Positions 20,074 to 30,843 of a stretch of DNA of 64,000 nt are shown here, one piece after another (positions within the stretch are counted from its first letter, which is position 1; every line of letters begins with the position of its first letter). The stretch is from positions 2,118,547 through 2,182,546 of the forward strand of contig CAVYBW010000001.1 of the NCBI GenBank assembly GCA_963767035.1, read 5' to 3'. Source of the stretch: an uncultured Chloroflexia bacterium. Lineage in GTDB: Bacteria > Chloroflexota > Chloroflexia > Chloroflexales > Herpetosiphonaceae. Under the pieces are notes generated by a model. The model had not been told where the DNA came from. It did no database searches and saw nothing but the letters and a program-made list of their open reading frames with translations. The translations under genes and the position numbers were made by a program.

Positions 20074-21007
20074 ATGCAACAGCCCTATAAAGTAGCGCAA
20101 CCGCAATTATCAAAAATGCCCAAATATTTGTTTCTGACCATGCGCCCCAAGCAGTGGGTCAAGAATATTTTTGTGTTTGCAGGCTTAATTTTTGCCAACG
20201 ATATGCTCTTGACCAACCCACAGAGCTTAGTACGGGTACTCGCAACCTTTGGCTTGTGGTGTTTAATCGCTAGCTCAATTTATTTAATTAACGATCTGGT
20301 CGATGTTGAAAAGGATCGCGATCATCCTAAAAAGCGTTATCGCCCGTTGGCTAGCGGCCATCTGGCCCCAAGCAGCGCGATTATCGCGACGTTGATCTTT
20401 TTGGGGATTGGCTTGCCCTTGGCCTACATGCTAAGCCGTGGGGTGGCAATTATTCTGGCTGTGTATGTGGTGATGCAATTAGCCTATTCATTTCGGCTCA
20501 AGCATGTGGTGATTCTCGATGTGTTTATCATTGCCGCAGGCTTTGTGTTTCGCACGGTCTCAGGGGCAGTGGTTTTACGAATTGATATTTCGCCATGGTC
20601 GTTAAATTTGTACAGGGCTGTTATCGCTGTTTTTGGCGCTCGCCAAACGCCGCCACGAGTTAGTTTTGCTCGAAAGTGGCGCGGGCAGCCATCGCCGCGT
20701 GCTCGAAGAATACTCAACCGAGCTGCTGCAAGAGATGATTTCGCTGATTACCGCCAGCACCTTGATTGCCTATATTTTGTATACGCTCAACCCAACAAAT
20801 CCCCATGTGCCAACCAGTCCTTTCCCGCTGATGTTAATCACCGTGCCATTTGTAATCTATGGAATTTTCCGCTACCTGTATTTGGTTTATAAAAAAGATG
20901 AAGGTGGCAGCCCAGAAGAATTATTGCTTAAAGATTTGCCAATGTTAGCCGATATTGTGCTTTGGGGCATAACGGTTGTGGCAATTATGTATATCTTTCG
21001 CCAATAG
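20074..21007 (+). CDS. UbiA-family decaprenyl-phosphate phosphoribosyltransferase-like (apparent frameshift)
   Basis: RPKQWVKNIFVFAGLIFA and NDLVDVEKDRDHPKKRYRPLASG are UbiA superfamily motifs of the DPPR-synthase type. The frame shifts at aaa 20604-20606; deleting one A gives ...SPWSLICTGLLSLFLALAKRRHE.... Confidence 0.65.
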
Positions 21008-21010
21008 GAG

Positions 21011-21481
21011 TTGGTTATGCAAACACCTCGTTCACCGTGGTTGGATCGCCTGTTTCGCCTTGCAAACCTCGCGATTATTCCAGGTTGGCTGCTGATGATC
21101 GGCGCACCACGTTCACGCTGGACACAACGGGTGATCAACGATGATCGCTTTTTTATTGGGATGGGCGGTCTCTACGCAGCCATGTTGGGTGGTGCAATTG
21201 CCGAAAATAGTGGCAATGGCTTTAGTTTTGGCGCAATGCTCAATCCAACCCTCGATTCAATTGGCAAACTGTTTCAAGAGGGCGGCCCCAAAGGCACCTT
21301 TGCTGGCTGGACGCATTATTTGGTCTTTGATTTCTTCGTTGGGCGGGCAATTTTACGCGATGCTCAAGAGAAACAGATTCCACACTGGTTGGTTGTGCCA
21401 GCTCTGATTTGTACCTTGATGAGCGGCCCGTTGGGCTTAGCCTACTATCAAGTGCTATTACGCCTACGAGGTGTAGCGTGA
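21011..21481 (+). CDS. DUF4281-like small membrane protein
   Basis: Four predicted TM helices, with a length and pattern typical of the ABA4-like/DUF4281 family. Weak call. Confidence 0.4.
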   Translation: MVMQTPRSPWLDRLFRLANLAIIPGWLLMIGAPRSRWTQRVINDDRFFIGMGGLYAAMLGGAIAENSGNGFSFGAMLNPTLDSIGKLFQEGGPKGTFAGWTHYLVFDFFVGRAILRDAQEKQIPHWLVVPALICTLMSGPLGLAYYQVLLRLRGVA

Positions 21482-21984
21482 ACGAACGCCCAACCCGCCG
21501 CACTCCACTGATTCGCATGTCGGATATTGTCTTGCCCGGACAGACCAATAACCATGGCACAATGTTTGGTGGTGAAGTGCTGGCGATGATGGACCGCGCA
21601 GCAGCGATTGCCGCGATTCGTTTTTGCCGCCAACAAGTCGTCACTGCTTCGACCGAACGCATTGATTTTCGCACGCCAATTCATCATGGCGATTTGGTTG
21701 ATATGCTGGCGAAGGTGATTTATACAGGCACAACCTCGCTGATTGTACGGATCGATGCCTGGGCCGAAGACCCAATTTCGGGCGAGCGGCGCTGGTGTAC
21801 GACCGGCTTTTATTCGATGGTTTCGGTCGGGATTGATGGTCGACCAACCGCGATTCCGCGTTTGCTGGTCGAAACGCAAACCGAGCAAGCCGATTGGGAG
21901 CATGGAGCCAAAATCAAAGCCATGATTAGCGAACGGCTTAAATCCAATGATGCGCCAATTCCCGCCGATCCACTAACCTTCTAA
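21478..21984 (+). CDS. Acyl-CoA thioesterase (hotdog fold, YciA-like)
   Basis: LPGQTNNHGTMFGGEVLAMMDRAAA is a hotdog-fold thioesterase motif. GTG start overlaps the upstream stop. Confidence 0.7.
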   Translation: MNERPTRRTPLIRMSDIVLPGQTNNHGTMFGGEVLAMMDRAAAIAAIRFCRQQVVTASTERIDFRTPIHHGDLVDMLAKVIYTGTTSLIVRIDAWAEDPISGERRWCTTGFYSMVSVGIDGRPTAIPRLLVETQTEQADWEHGAKIKAMISERLKSNDAPIPADPLTF

Positions 21985-21998
21985 TGCAATGGTTTGGC

Positions 21999-22034
21999 AA
22001 ACGTGTTGGGCTGCTTGCTCAACACGTTTTTTTG
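21999..22034 (+). terminator. Rho-independent terminator
   Basis: Perfect 10 bp stem aaacgtgttg / caacacgttt with an 11 nt loop, followed by ttttttt. Confidence 0.75.
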
Positions 22035-22050
22035 ATCAATGAGGTGAATT

Positions 22051-23031
22051 ATGCAAGCAATTGTGTTTGATCACGCTGGCGATGCTGAGGTTTTACACTT
22101 GGCCGAGGTTGCCGATTTACAACCGCAAGCTGGCGAATTGTTGATTCGGGTGCATGCGACCGCCGTCAATCGTGCCGATATTTTACAACGCCGTGGCATG
22201 TATCCGCCACCAGCGGGCGCTTCGGAGATTTCAGGGCTAGAAATTGCCGGCGAAGTGATCGGCCATGGCGCAGGAGTTACAGCGCCAGCGCTTGGCACGC
22301 GGATTTGTGCCTTATTGCCAGGTGGTGGTTATGCCCAGCAAGTCGTTATTCCGGCTAAGCTGGCTATGCCGATTCCGGCGAATCTCAGCTACGAACAGGC
22401 CGCGGCAATTCCCGAAGTCTGGATGACCGCTTATGACAACTTGTTTAATTGGGGTCGTTTGAGCGCTGGCGAACGCTTGTTGGTGCATGGTGGTAGTTCA
22501 GGCATTGGCACGTCGGCGATTCAACTAGCCCGTTGGCGCGGCGCTGAAGTCTTAATCACGGCAGGCTCGGAGCAAAAAATTGAGCGTTGCTGCGAACTAG
22601 GCGCATTTGCCGGGATCAATTATCGCAGCGAAAACTGGCCCGAACGGGTGCAAACTCTGACCGACCAGCAAGGCGTTGATGTGGTGTTGGATATGCTGGG
22701 AGCCAGCTATTTCAAGGATAACTTGGCTAGCCTGCGGGTTGGCGGACGCTTGGTGATTATTGCAACCATGGGCGGAGTGCAAACTGAGCTTGATCTGCGC
22801 ACGCTCATGCTCAAACGCTTGACGGTCTGTGGCACGACGCTGCGCGCCCGCCCGATTGCCGCCAAAGCCGCATTGACCCAACAAATGCTTCAGGATGTAT
22901 TGCCAGGCTTTGCCGACGGCAGATTTCAGCCAGTGATTGAAGCAGTATTTGATTTAGCTGAAGCCAGCGCTGCCCATCGTTTGCTTGAATCGAGTCAACA
23001 TGTGGGCAAAATCGTGCTGCGTGTAGCGTAA
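22051..23031 (+). CDS. qor: NADPH:quinone oxidoreductase (MDR/zeta-crystallin family)
   Basis: Full-length MDR fold with the Rossmann motif GGSSGIGTSAIQLA. Confidence 0.85.
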   Translation: MQAIVFDHAGDAEVLHLAEVADLQPQAGELLIRVHATAVNRADILQRRGMYPPPAGASEISGLEIAGEVIGHGAGVTAPALGTRICALLPGGGYAQQVVIPAKLAMPIPANLSYEQAAAIPEVWMTAYDNLFNWGRLSAGERLLVHGGSSGIGTSAIQLARWRGAEVLITAGSEQKIERCCELGAFAGINYRSENWPERVQTLTDQQGVDVVLDMLGASYFKDNLASLRVGGRLVIIATMGGVQTELDLRTLMLKRLTVCGTTLRARPIAAKAALTQQMLQDVLPGFADGRFQPVIEAVFDLAEASAAHRLLESSQHVGKIVLRVA

Positions 23032-23112
23032 AAGCACTAAGAGCAAAGAACATAGGCTAAAGTCTGAAGGATGAAAACAGATAGGTCATAACCAAACTTT
23101 AGGTTCTTTGCT

Positions 23113-23823
23113 CTAGCCGTTTGGCATGGCTTGATGGGGAAACACTTTAACCGCCGATCCTTTGGCTAGCACCAGCGAATAGGGCGTTTCGTTGGCTAGC
23201 CAAGCCCATTGCGGGCCGTAGATCGCGCCCCAATCGAGGTGCAGTTGATAATGTTCCACGGGATACACATCCCACTCGGGGTGCTCAACCCGATAGACAA
23301 TTGGCTTGCCATTGCGCCTGCGTCCAAAGCCCCATTCATGCTCTTTGAAAAAGTGTTCGGTGCTCGCAGCATCAGGGTGATAGAGCTGTTTGCTGGCGAT
23401 CAGTTTGACCAAATGAGTTTGGCCTTGCCAATATAAATTGTGCTCAACCGTAATTTGGTTGGCACTGTGTTGGGTGTGGCTCTGCAATGGCGCAGCAACA
23501 TATGGCTCGTTATAAATTAGGTTTGCCAAGCTAGCAACCAGCCATTGGGGCACAATTTCGCGCACAAACACTACGCCACGTTGTTGGCCGTGCCGCACAT
23601 AAAAGCGCAAATTCATCTCGGCAAAATTGCGAAAGCCAGGCCATGGCACACCTAGCACTTTGGTTTGCAGAAAATCAAACACGACCAAGCTAACAAAAGC
23701 CGAGCCATCACGCCGATCAAGCTCCAAGCCAGTTGGCAAATAGGGTTGCAATAGCTGATCAGGCACGGCATACGAGATCAAGCCCAGATTGGCCCATTGC
23801 GCCGATAAAAACGCGATCGTCAT
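23113..23823 (-). CDS. DUF2071-family protein
   Basis: Length and conserved Trp/Pro pattern resemble DUF2071 (YqjF-like). Weak. Confidence 0.4.
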   Translation of the reverse strand: MTIAFLSAQWANLGLISYAVPDQLLQPYLPTGLELDRRDGSAFVSLVVFDFLQTKVLGVPWPGFRNFAEMNLRFYVRHGQQRGVVFVREIVPQWLVASLANLIYNEPYVAAPLQSHTQHSANQITVEHNLYWQGQTHLVKLIASKQLYHPDAASTEHFFKEHEWGFGRRRNGKPIVYRVEHPEWDVYPVEHYQLHLDWGAIYGPQWAWLANETPYSLVLAKGSAVKVFPHQAMPNG

Positions 23824-23888
23824 GCTTGCTCCTTTGGAATAATCGAGGCTCACTTGGTCTTTTGGGTTGATGTGTTTACAGTGCTTTT

Positions 23889-23928
23889 CCTCACCCCAAC
23901 CCCTCTCCCACAACACGGGCGAAGGGCT
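23889..23928. repeat. Family A repeat, single copy
   Basis: cctcaccccaacccctctcccacaacacgggcgaagggc. Confidence 0.7.
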
Positions 23929-24011
23929 TAAGGCATGGGATTGACATCAATTTAATTTCCTAACCTTCGCGATCTTCGCGTGTTTCGCGGTTGCCCATTG
24001 CTGATCCTTGT

Positions 24012-24075
24012 AACCTCATTTCGCCACCCTTCCGTCCACGCAGAGGGTTTTCATGCCCCTGCACTCCCTAATATG
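24012..24075. repeat. Family B intergenic element
   Basis: tttcgccacccttccgtccacgcagagggttttcatgcccctgcactccctaatatgca. Confidence 0.65.
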
Positions 24076-24258
24076 CATGCTGTGGATTGTTGTAATGCTA
24101 CTCCACATCCTTCGTGTGCTTCGCATGCTTCGCAATTCCGCTTCGCTGATCCCTATCCCCTAGACACTGGCACCTCGTTTGTGTCCTTCGTGGATCAAAA
24201 ACGGTTGCACGTCTGCTATACTGAGACCAATGGTTCTCTAGCTTCGGTAGGCCAATTG

Positions 24259-25428
24259 ATGCAACCTGCAAGCCTCAGTATCGTGACCCCAACCCCGCTC
24301 TACCCAGCCCATGCTGGCGCGAAAACCCATAGTTTGAATGCTTTGCGCCAATTAAGTCACTATTATACCGTCGATAGTTATTGTTTAACCAAGCAACCTG
24401 AACTGGTCGATTGGGGGCCGTTGCCGCAATGGTGCCGCGATCTGCGGGCCTTTACGCCAACCAAGCCTGCACGGCGGAGCATCGATCCGCCTGCTGTTGA
24501 TTTGGAATTTTCGCAGCCTATGCTGGATTATTTGCAGCAACGCTGGTTACAGGCGACACCCAATTTGCTGCAACTTGAAGGCACGACGATGGCTCAATAT
24601 GCGCCATTTGCCCGTCGTTTGGGCGTGCAAGCAATCGTTTGTACCGTGCATCAAGTTGGGTTTGTGGCGCAATGGCGACGCTTCCAACGCGAAAAAAGCT
24701 GGCCACTGCGGGCACGCCGCTTGGCTGGATTGCTGAGTTTGTGGCTGTACGAGCAACGTGCGTTGCGCCATTGTGATTTGCTGGTTACGTTGAGCGAGCC
24801 TGATCAACGAACTTTGGCGCGTTGGCAGCCCAAACTTAACGTGGTAACCGTGCCATCAGGCGTTGATTTAGCTGAATGGCCGTTGTGTCGCCAGCCTCAA
24901 GCGCCGCAGCAAGTGCTGTTTGTGGGCAACTATTTTCATCCACCGAATGTTGAAGGAGCGTTGTGGTTGGCGCGTGAGGTTTGGCCGTTGGTTCAAACCC
25001 AAATGCCTGAGGCCCGTTTGATGCTGGCTGGGCGCAGCCCCACCCCCGAGATTCAACAACTGGCAAGTGCTACAATTCAAGTACCAGGCACCGTCGCTGA
25101 TTTGCGCGAAATCTATCGCCAAAGTCGCGTGGTAGCAGCGCCAATTTTTTGGGGCAGTGGCGTGCGAATCAAGATTTTAGAGGGCTTGGCGGCTGGTTTG
25201 CCCTTGGTAACAACCGCCCTTGCTGCTGAAGGCTTGCCACTCAAACACGAACAGCATGCGCTCTTTGCCGAAACGCCGCAAACATTTGCCGCCGCGCTTG
25301 TACGCATTTTGCAAGCGCCAGCGTTGGGTGCACAACTTGGCGATGCAGGCCGAAAACTAATCGCCGATCAGTATGATTGGCAAGCGATTGGTCAACAGTT
25401 ACACCAACAGTATCAGGCCTTACTTTAA
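24259..25428 (+). CDS. Family 4 (group 1) glycosyltransferase
   Basis: C-terminal GT-B motif VAAPIFWGSGVRIKILEGLAAGLPLVTT. The listed ORF extends upstream across repeat elements, so the start was moved to Met 24259. Confidence 0.75.
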   Translation: MQPASLSIVTPTPLYPAHAGAKTHSLNALRQLSHYYTVDSYCLTKQPELVDWGPLPQWCRDLRAFTPTKPARRSIDPPAVDLEFSQPMLDYLQQRWLQATPNLLQLEGTTMAQYAPFARRLGVQAIVCTVHQVGFVAQWRRFQREKSWPLRARRLAGLLSLWLYEQRALRHCDLLVTLSEPDQRTLARWQPKLNVVTVPSGVDLAEWPLCRQPQAPQQVLFVGNYFHPPNVEGALWLAREVWPLVQTQMPEARLMLAGRSPTPEIQQLASATIQVPGTVADLREIYRQSRVVAAPIFWGSGVRIKILEGLAAGLPLVTTALAAEGLPLKHEQHALFAETPQTFAAALVRILQAPALGAQLGDAGRKLIADQYDWQAIGQQLHQQYQALL

Positions 25429-25442
25429 CCAGGAGTTTGCAG

Positions 25443-25784
25443 ATGGAAATGGATCATGTGGCAATTGTTGTCAATAATATTGCCGAATCAAGCGCTTGGT
25501 ATGTTGAGCAATGTGGAGCCCAAATATTGTATGCTGATGCTACGTGGGCTTTTTTGCGGATTGGCCAAGGCAAGTTAGCCTTGGTTATGGCCCATCAACA
25601 CCCGCCGCATGTGGCAGTACGCGTTGATGAAAGCCAGTTAAATGCCCTCGCGGCTCAGCATAATCAGCCAATTGATCGCCATCGTGATGGCACCAAAGGC
25701 TTTTATCTGCCTGATCCCAATGGCAATGTGCTCGAAGTTATTTGTTATCCACCAGCAGAAACGGTTTACACCAAGGATAACTGA
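25443..25784 (+). CDS. VOC/glyoxalase-family protein
   Basis: MEMDHVAIVVNNIAESSAWY is typical of the glyoxalase/bleomycin-resistance fold. Confidence 0.65.
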   Translation: MEMDHVAIVVNNIAESSAWYVEQCGAQILYADATWAFLRIGQGKLALVMAHQHPPHVAVRVDESQLNALAAQHNQPIDRHRDGTKGFYLPDPNGNVLEVICYPPAETVYTKDN

Positions 25785-25990
25785 TAAAATCACAAGCGGG
25801 ATGAGGGGCGAGTGGTCAGGGGTCAGGTATGAGGAAAACCTATAGCCCAACAGAATCGAATCTCAATAATCTGTGCAATCTGTGGCTAAAATATTGATCA
25901 TTCGTGCAATTCGTGGCTAACAACTGAACCTTCGCGGTTTCAGGCCTTTGTGGTGATTGTAGTAGTTCATGAATCAAAATTACAAGGAGC

Positions 25991-26710
25991 ATGATGACTG
26001 ATTTTGCTGATGAAAACGTTGATCGCCAACTACTTGATGCAATTCGTGGGCGCGCCTCAATGGAAGATATTGCCAAACTGCGCGGCCCTGAGGTCAATAC
26101 ACCTGCGGCGGCAATTGAGGCCTTGAAACAGGGCAACGAGCGCTTTTTTAGCGGCGAAACCCAACGCACGGTGGTCAGTGTTAATCAACGGCGCTCCCAA
26201 ATTATTAGTCAAACCCCGTTTGCCGTGATTCTCGGCTGCTCGGATAGCCGCGTACCTCCACAGATGATTTTCGACCGCAATCTGGGCGATTTGTTTGTGG
26301 TACGGGTTGCAGGCCAAATTGTTGACCAAGCCACCCAAGGCAGCATCGAATATGCGATCTCACATCTTAAGTGCAAATTGATTGTGGTGATGGGCCATGA
26401 AGGCTGTGGTGCAGTCAAAGCGGCGCTTGCCAGCGATGAGCAAATTGCCAAAGAATCGGCCAATATTCGCTACCTAATTGATCAAATTCGACCTGTGTGT
26501 CAGCGGCTGCCAGCAATTCGCGATGAGAAAGCCCGCATGCGCGAGGCCGTAACCCAGCATGTGCGCTCGCAAGTAGCGCTGTTGAGCCAAAATCCGGTTG
26601 TCCAAGCAGGTGAAGCTATCGGTACAATTGCGGTAATTGGCGCCTATTATGAGATTGGTAGCGGCGCTGTCGATTTCTTTATCACCCCCGAAGAACTAGC
26701 CTTTGATTAG
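25991..26710 (+). CDS. Beta-class carbonic anhydrase
   Basis: CSDSRV and HEGCGAV zinc-ligand motifs are present. Confidence 0.85.
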   Translation: MMTDFADENVDRQLLDAIRGRASMEDIAKLRGPEVNTPAAAIEALKQGNERFFSGETQRTVVSVNQRRSQIISQTPFAVILGCSDSRVPPQMIFDRNLGDLFVVRVAGQIVDQATQGSIEYAISHLKCKLIVVMGHEGCGAVKAALASDEQIAKESANIRYLIDQIRPVCQRLPAIRDEKARMREAVTQHVRSQVALLSQNPVVQAGEAIGTIAVIGAYYEIGSGAVDFFITPEELAFD

Positions 26711-26942
26711 TGAAATAGGGATCAGGAATCAGGGGTCAGGGGCTAGTTGGCTTTTGAAACCACAAAGAACGCCAAGCACACGAAGGTATTTTTAGCCACA
26801 GACTTACCTGAGTAGTATGCGCTATGCTCTTCTGGCCCCTGTTCCCTGATCCCTCGCCCCTGCCCCCTAACTTGCACAATGCAGTGCTATCCGTAATAAT
26901 GCAACTTTCAAGCTACTCCGATGATGGAAGGATACCTCGGCT

Positions 26943-27827
26943 ATGCCTTCGCCTGTGCCCGATGGACATGTTCGCGGCGCGTTGCTGCCAATTGGCGGCG
27001 CAATGGATTTGCAGCGCAGACGGTTAATTTTATTACGTTTTTTTGAGCTTGCAGGCGGCGCTAATGCCCGCATCGTGGTCATTCCCACTGCCTCGGAATT
27101 GCCTGATGGTGGCCGTGAATACCTTGAGGTATTTGGCAAGTTGGGCGTTGCGAGCGTCGATCTCCTGCCAGTCCGCGAACGGATCAATGCCAATGATCCC
27201 AAGGCGATTGAAATTATTGCCCAAGCCACTGGTATTTTCATGACCGGCGGCAATCAATTGAAACTCACGGCTGTGCTTGGTGGCACACCAGTTGCCACTG
27301 CTATTCGGCGAGCTAACGCGCGGGGGGTTCCGGTGGCGGGCACCAGTGCAGGTGCGTCGGCGATGAGTGCGCATATGATTGCGTATGGAGCCAAAGGGCT
27401 TGTACCACGCTATGGCATGGTGCAGTTTGGCCCAGGGCTTGGTCTAACCAATCGCGTCGTGCTTGATCAACACTTTGGCGCACGCCATCGGCTTGGGCGT
27501 TTAATCGCGGCGGTTAGCTTTAATCCGTATCTGATTGGCTTGGGCCTTGATGAAAACACTGCCGCTGAGATCGATGATGATCATCTGATGCAGGTGATTG
27601 GCGAAGGCTCGGTAACGGTGGTTGATGGCGCTGGGATTACCTATAGCAATATTCACCAGCTTAAAGTTGGCCAAAAAGAGGCTATCGTAGGCGTGAAATT
27701 GCATGTGCTGACCCGTGGCTGGTCATATGATTTGATCAAGCGTGAGGTCATTCCGCCAGTGGTTATGCCGCCGTTACCAGTTGCCCCACGGCTTGAGCAA
27801 CCATCAGACGATACGGACATTGCCTAG
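26943..27827 (+). CDS. cphB: Cyanophycinase (peptidase S51)
   Basis: The protein is CphB-like throughout: IVVIPTAS, GIFMTGGNQ, GTSAGAS (catalytic Ser). Confidence 0.85.
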   Translation: MPSPVPDGHVRGALLPIGGAMDLQRRRLILLRFFELAGGANARIVVIPTASELPDGGREYLEVFGKLGVASVDLLPVRERINANDPKAIEIIAQATGIFMTGGNQLKLTAVLGGTPVATAIRRANARGVPVAGTSAGASAMSAHMIAYGAKGLVPRYGMVQFGPGLGLTNRVVLDQHFGARHRLGRLIAAVSFNPYLIGLGLDENTAAEIDDDHLMQVIGEGSVTVVDGAGITYSNIHQLKVGQKEAIVGVKLHVLTRGWSYDLIKREVIPPVVMPPLPVAPRLEQPSDDTDIA

Positions 27828-27832
27828 TTCTT

Positions 27833-27859
27833 GGCGCGTTCGCTGCTCATGGTACAATA
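27833..27859 (+). promoter_or_regulatory. Candidate sigma70-type promoter with extended -10 upstream of cphA
   Basis: ttggcg, 15 bp spacer, tggtacaat (TGn-TACAAT). An imperfect hairpin ggcgcaacgt/acgctgcgcc follows, in the 5' leader. Confidence 0.35.
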
Positions 27860-27952
27860 CGGCGCAACGTGGTTCAACGCTGCGCCACCCACTTTCCAAA
27901 ATTCCCCAAAAATTTAGCCTACCCATTGCCACTATTCTGTGGAGGTTTCCCG

Positions 27953-30638
27953 ATGAAAATTCTCGACACGCGCGTCTATCGTGGGCCTAATTATTGGTTG
28001 TATAAGCCAGCAATCAACATGACGATTGATCTCGAAGAACTTGAGGCTTATCCAACCGATTTGTTGGGTGATTTTGTTGATCGGTTGTTGGCGCTCGTGC
28101 CAAGTCTCGATGATCATCATTGTTCGTTGGGGCGACCAGGTGGCTTTGTGGAGCGGCTGCGCGATGGCACATGGCTTGGCCATGTGATGGAGCACTTGGC
28201 CTTAGAGTTGCAGTGTTTGGCCGGAACCTATGTGACCCAAGGTAAAACCCGTGGCGCTGACAAAACTGGCCAATATTTCGTTATTTTCCAGTATGGCCAA
28301 GAGGATGTCGGCATCGAGGCAGCCAACTTGGCGCTGCGTTTGATTCAATTTTTGCTGCCTGAAGAATTGCCCTCAGCCATGCCCGCCGAACAACGTGCCA
28401 CCTTCGACCTGGTGCGCGAGAAGGAAGATTTGGCACGCATGGCGGTGCGCTTGGCCTTTGGCCCTTCGACCGCTTCGTTGGTCAAAGCTGCCGAGGAGCG
28501 TGGGATTCCATGGTTGCGCTTGAACGAACATTCGTTGGTTCAATTTGGCCATGGCAAATATCAAAAACGCATTCAAGCCACAATCACCTCGCAAACCAGC
28601 CATATTGGGGTTGAAATTGCCCAAGATAAGCAATTGACCAATAAATTGCTTGAGGATGCTGGTTTGCCTGTGCCTCGCCAGCGGGTGGTGCGTTCGGCTG
28701 AGGGCGCTGTCCAAGCCGCTCGTCGCTTACGCTATCCTTTGGTAGTCAAGCCCTTAGATGCCTCGCATGGTCGCGGCATTTCAATTGGCCTCACTACTGA
28801 GGCCGAAGTTGAGGTGGCCTTTGCCCAAGCTCAAGAGCATCGCTCATATGTGATTGTTGAAGAATTAGTGCCCGGCAGCGATCATCGGGTCTTGGTGATC
28901 AATGGCGAGGTAGTTGCAGTCTCAGAGCGTGTGCCAGGCCATGTGGTTGGCGATGGCCAACGCACGGTCGCCGAATTGGTCGAAATCGTCAATAGCGATC
29001 CACGGCGTGGAGTCGGGCCACGAAAATGTCTTGACCAGACTTGAGATTGATCATCAAGCTGAGCGCTGTATGGAAAAAGCTGGCGTAACCTTGGAAACAG
29101 TGCTCGATGCTGGCCAATTGCTCTATCTGCGCTCAACTGGTAACCTCTCAACTGGTGGCACAGCGATCGATCGCACCGATATGATTCACTATGAAAATGC
29201 CCAGATCGCAATTCGCGCCGCCAAAATTGTGGGCTTGGATGTGGCAGGGATCGACTTTATCATTCCTGATATTAGCCGTCCGGTTAGTGAAGTTGGCGGC
29301 GGAATTGTTGAAATTAATGCAGCGCCAGGCTTTCGCATGCACGTTGCCCCATCCGAGGGCACGCCACGCGATGCTGCTGGACCAGTCATCGATATGCTGT
29401 TTCCCGCTGGCACACCCAGCCGGATTCCCTTGGCAGCATTAACTGGCACCAACGGCAAAACCACTACCGCGCGGATGACCGCGCATATTCTCAAAATGGC
29501 GGGCTACCACGTTGGCATGACCAGCACCGATGGGATTTATATCGATGGCGAGCGGGTGCTGCGCGGCGATATGACAGGGCCGAAATCAGCACGCATGGTG
29601 CTACGCGATCCAACAGTTGATGCAGCGGTGCTCGAAACAGCACGCGGCGGGATTTTGCGCGAAGGTTTGGGCTATGATGAAGTTGATGTCGGAGCAATTC
29701 TCAACATCAGCGCCGATCACCTTGGCCTGCGCGGCATTGACACACTTGAAGAAATGGCCAAAGTTAAATCGCTGATCATCGAAGTAATTAAGCGTGATGG
29801 TTGGGCTGTTTTGAATGCCGATGATCCGCTGGTAGTCAAAATGATCAAACGCACGCGTGCTAAGCCCTTCTACTTCAGTTTCGACCCAGCCAATTCGTTG
29901 GTGCGCGAACAAGTGCAAAATGGTGGACGGGCAATTGTGGTCGAAAAAGGTGTCAATGGCGATATGGTGACGCTCTATGACAAGGGTCGGCATATTCCGC
30001 TCTTGTGGACGCACTTAATTCCAGCGACCTTGGAAGGCCGAGCTAAATTCAATATTGCCAATGCGATGGCGGCGGCGGCAATGGCCTATAGTTTGGGCAT
30101 TAGCATCGAAAATATTCGCCAAGGCTTGCGTACTTTCACAACTTCGTTCTACCAAACCCCAGGCCGCCTGAATGTCTTTGATGAACATCCGTTCCGCGTT
30201 ATTTTGGATTATGGCCATAATCCGGCGGCGGTTGGTAATTTGGTCGATGTGGTACGGCAATTGCCACGCGAAGGCAAAGCGATCTGTGTGATCTCCGTGC
30301 CCGGCGATCGGCGCGAGGTCGATGCCCGTGAGATTGGGCGTTTGCTTGGCTCAGGAGTATTCGATCAGATCATTATCAAAGAAGATACCAGCTTGCGTGG
30401 ACGCAAAGAGGGCGAAATGCCTGGCTACATTCGAGAGGGCTTAATCGAGGCTGGATTTGATGAAAGCAATATTCGCTACAATCGCCAAGAGCGCGAGGCC
30501 ATTGCCATGGCCTTGGATTCAGCCCAGCGCGGCGATTTGCTGATGATATTTGCCGATGAACCAACCGATGCCTGGAAACAGATCATCTATTGGGGCAAGC
30601 CCCGCGATGCTCAAAACAAAGTTGGTCGGGTAATTTAG
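27953..30638 (+). CDS. cphA: Cyanophycin synthetase (apparent frameshift)
   Basis: N-terminal MKILDTRVYRGPNYW is the CphA signature, followed by ATP-grasp and Mur-ligase-like halves. RBS ggagg. The frame shifts at ggg 29015-29017; deleting one G gives ...DPRRGVGHENVLTRLEID.... Confidence 0.9.
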
Positions 30639-30671
30639 GTCGTAGGGAGTGCTATAAGTTAAGTGGATTGT

Positions 30672-30804
30672 CCCCTCACCCCCAAGCCCCCTCGCCCACT
30701 GCATACGGGCGAGGGGGAGCCGACCATTTCTTACCACGATTCATGGCAAAACCACCAACTTACGCCCCTCGCCCGCGCCACGGGAGAGGGGTTGGGGTGA
30801 GGGC
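30672..30804. repeat. Family A repeat, inverted pair
   Basis: cccctcacccccaagccccctcgcccactgcatacgggcgagggggagc ... cccctcgcccgcgccacgggagaggggttggggtgaggg. Confidence 0.8.
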
Positions 30805-30843
30805 ATCTCAACCACCTGGCCCCTGATCCCTATGTTCTATGCT

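Noticed and set aside
23980-24258. N-terminal 93 codons of the listed GT4 ORF
   Set aside because: This stretch is translated from family A/B/C repeat elements (Pro/His/Cys-rich nonsense). The GT-B fold begins well after Met 24259.
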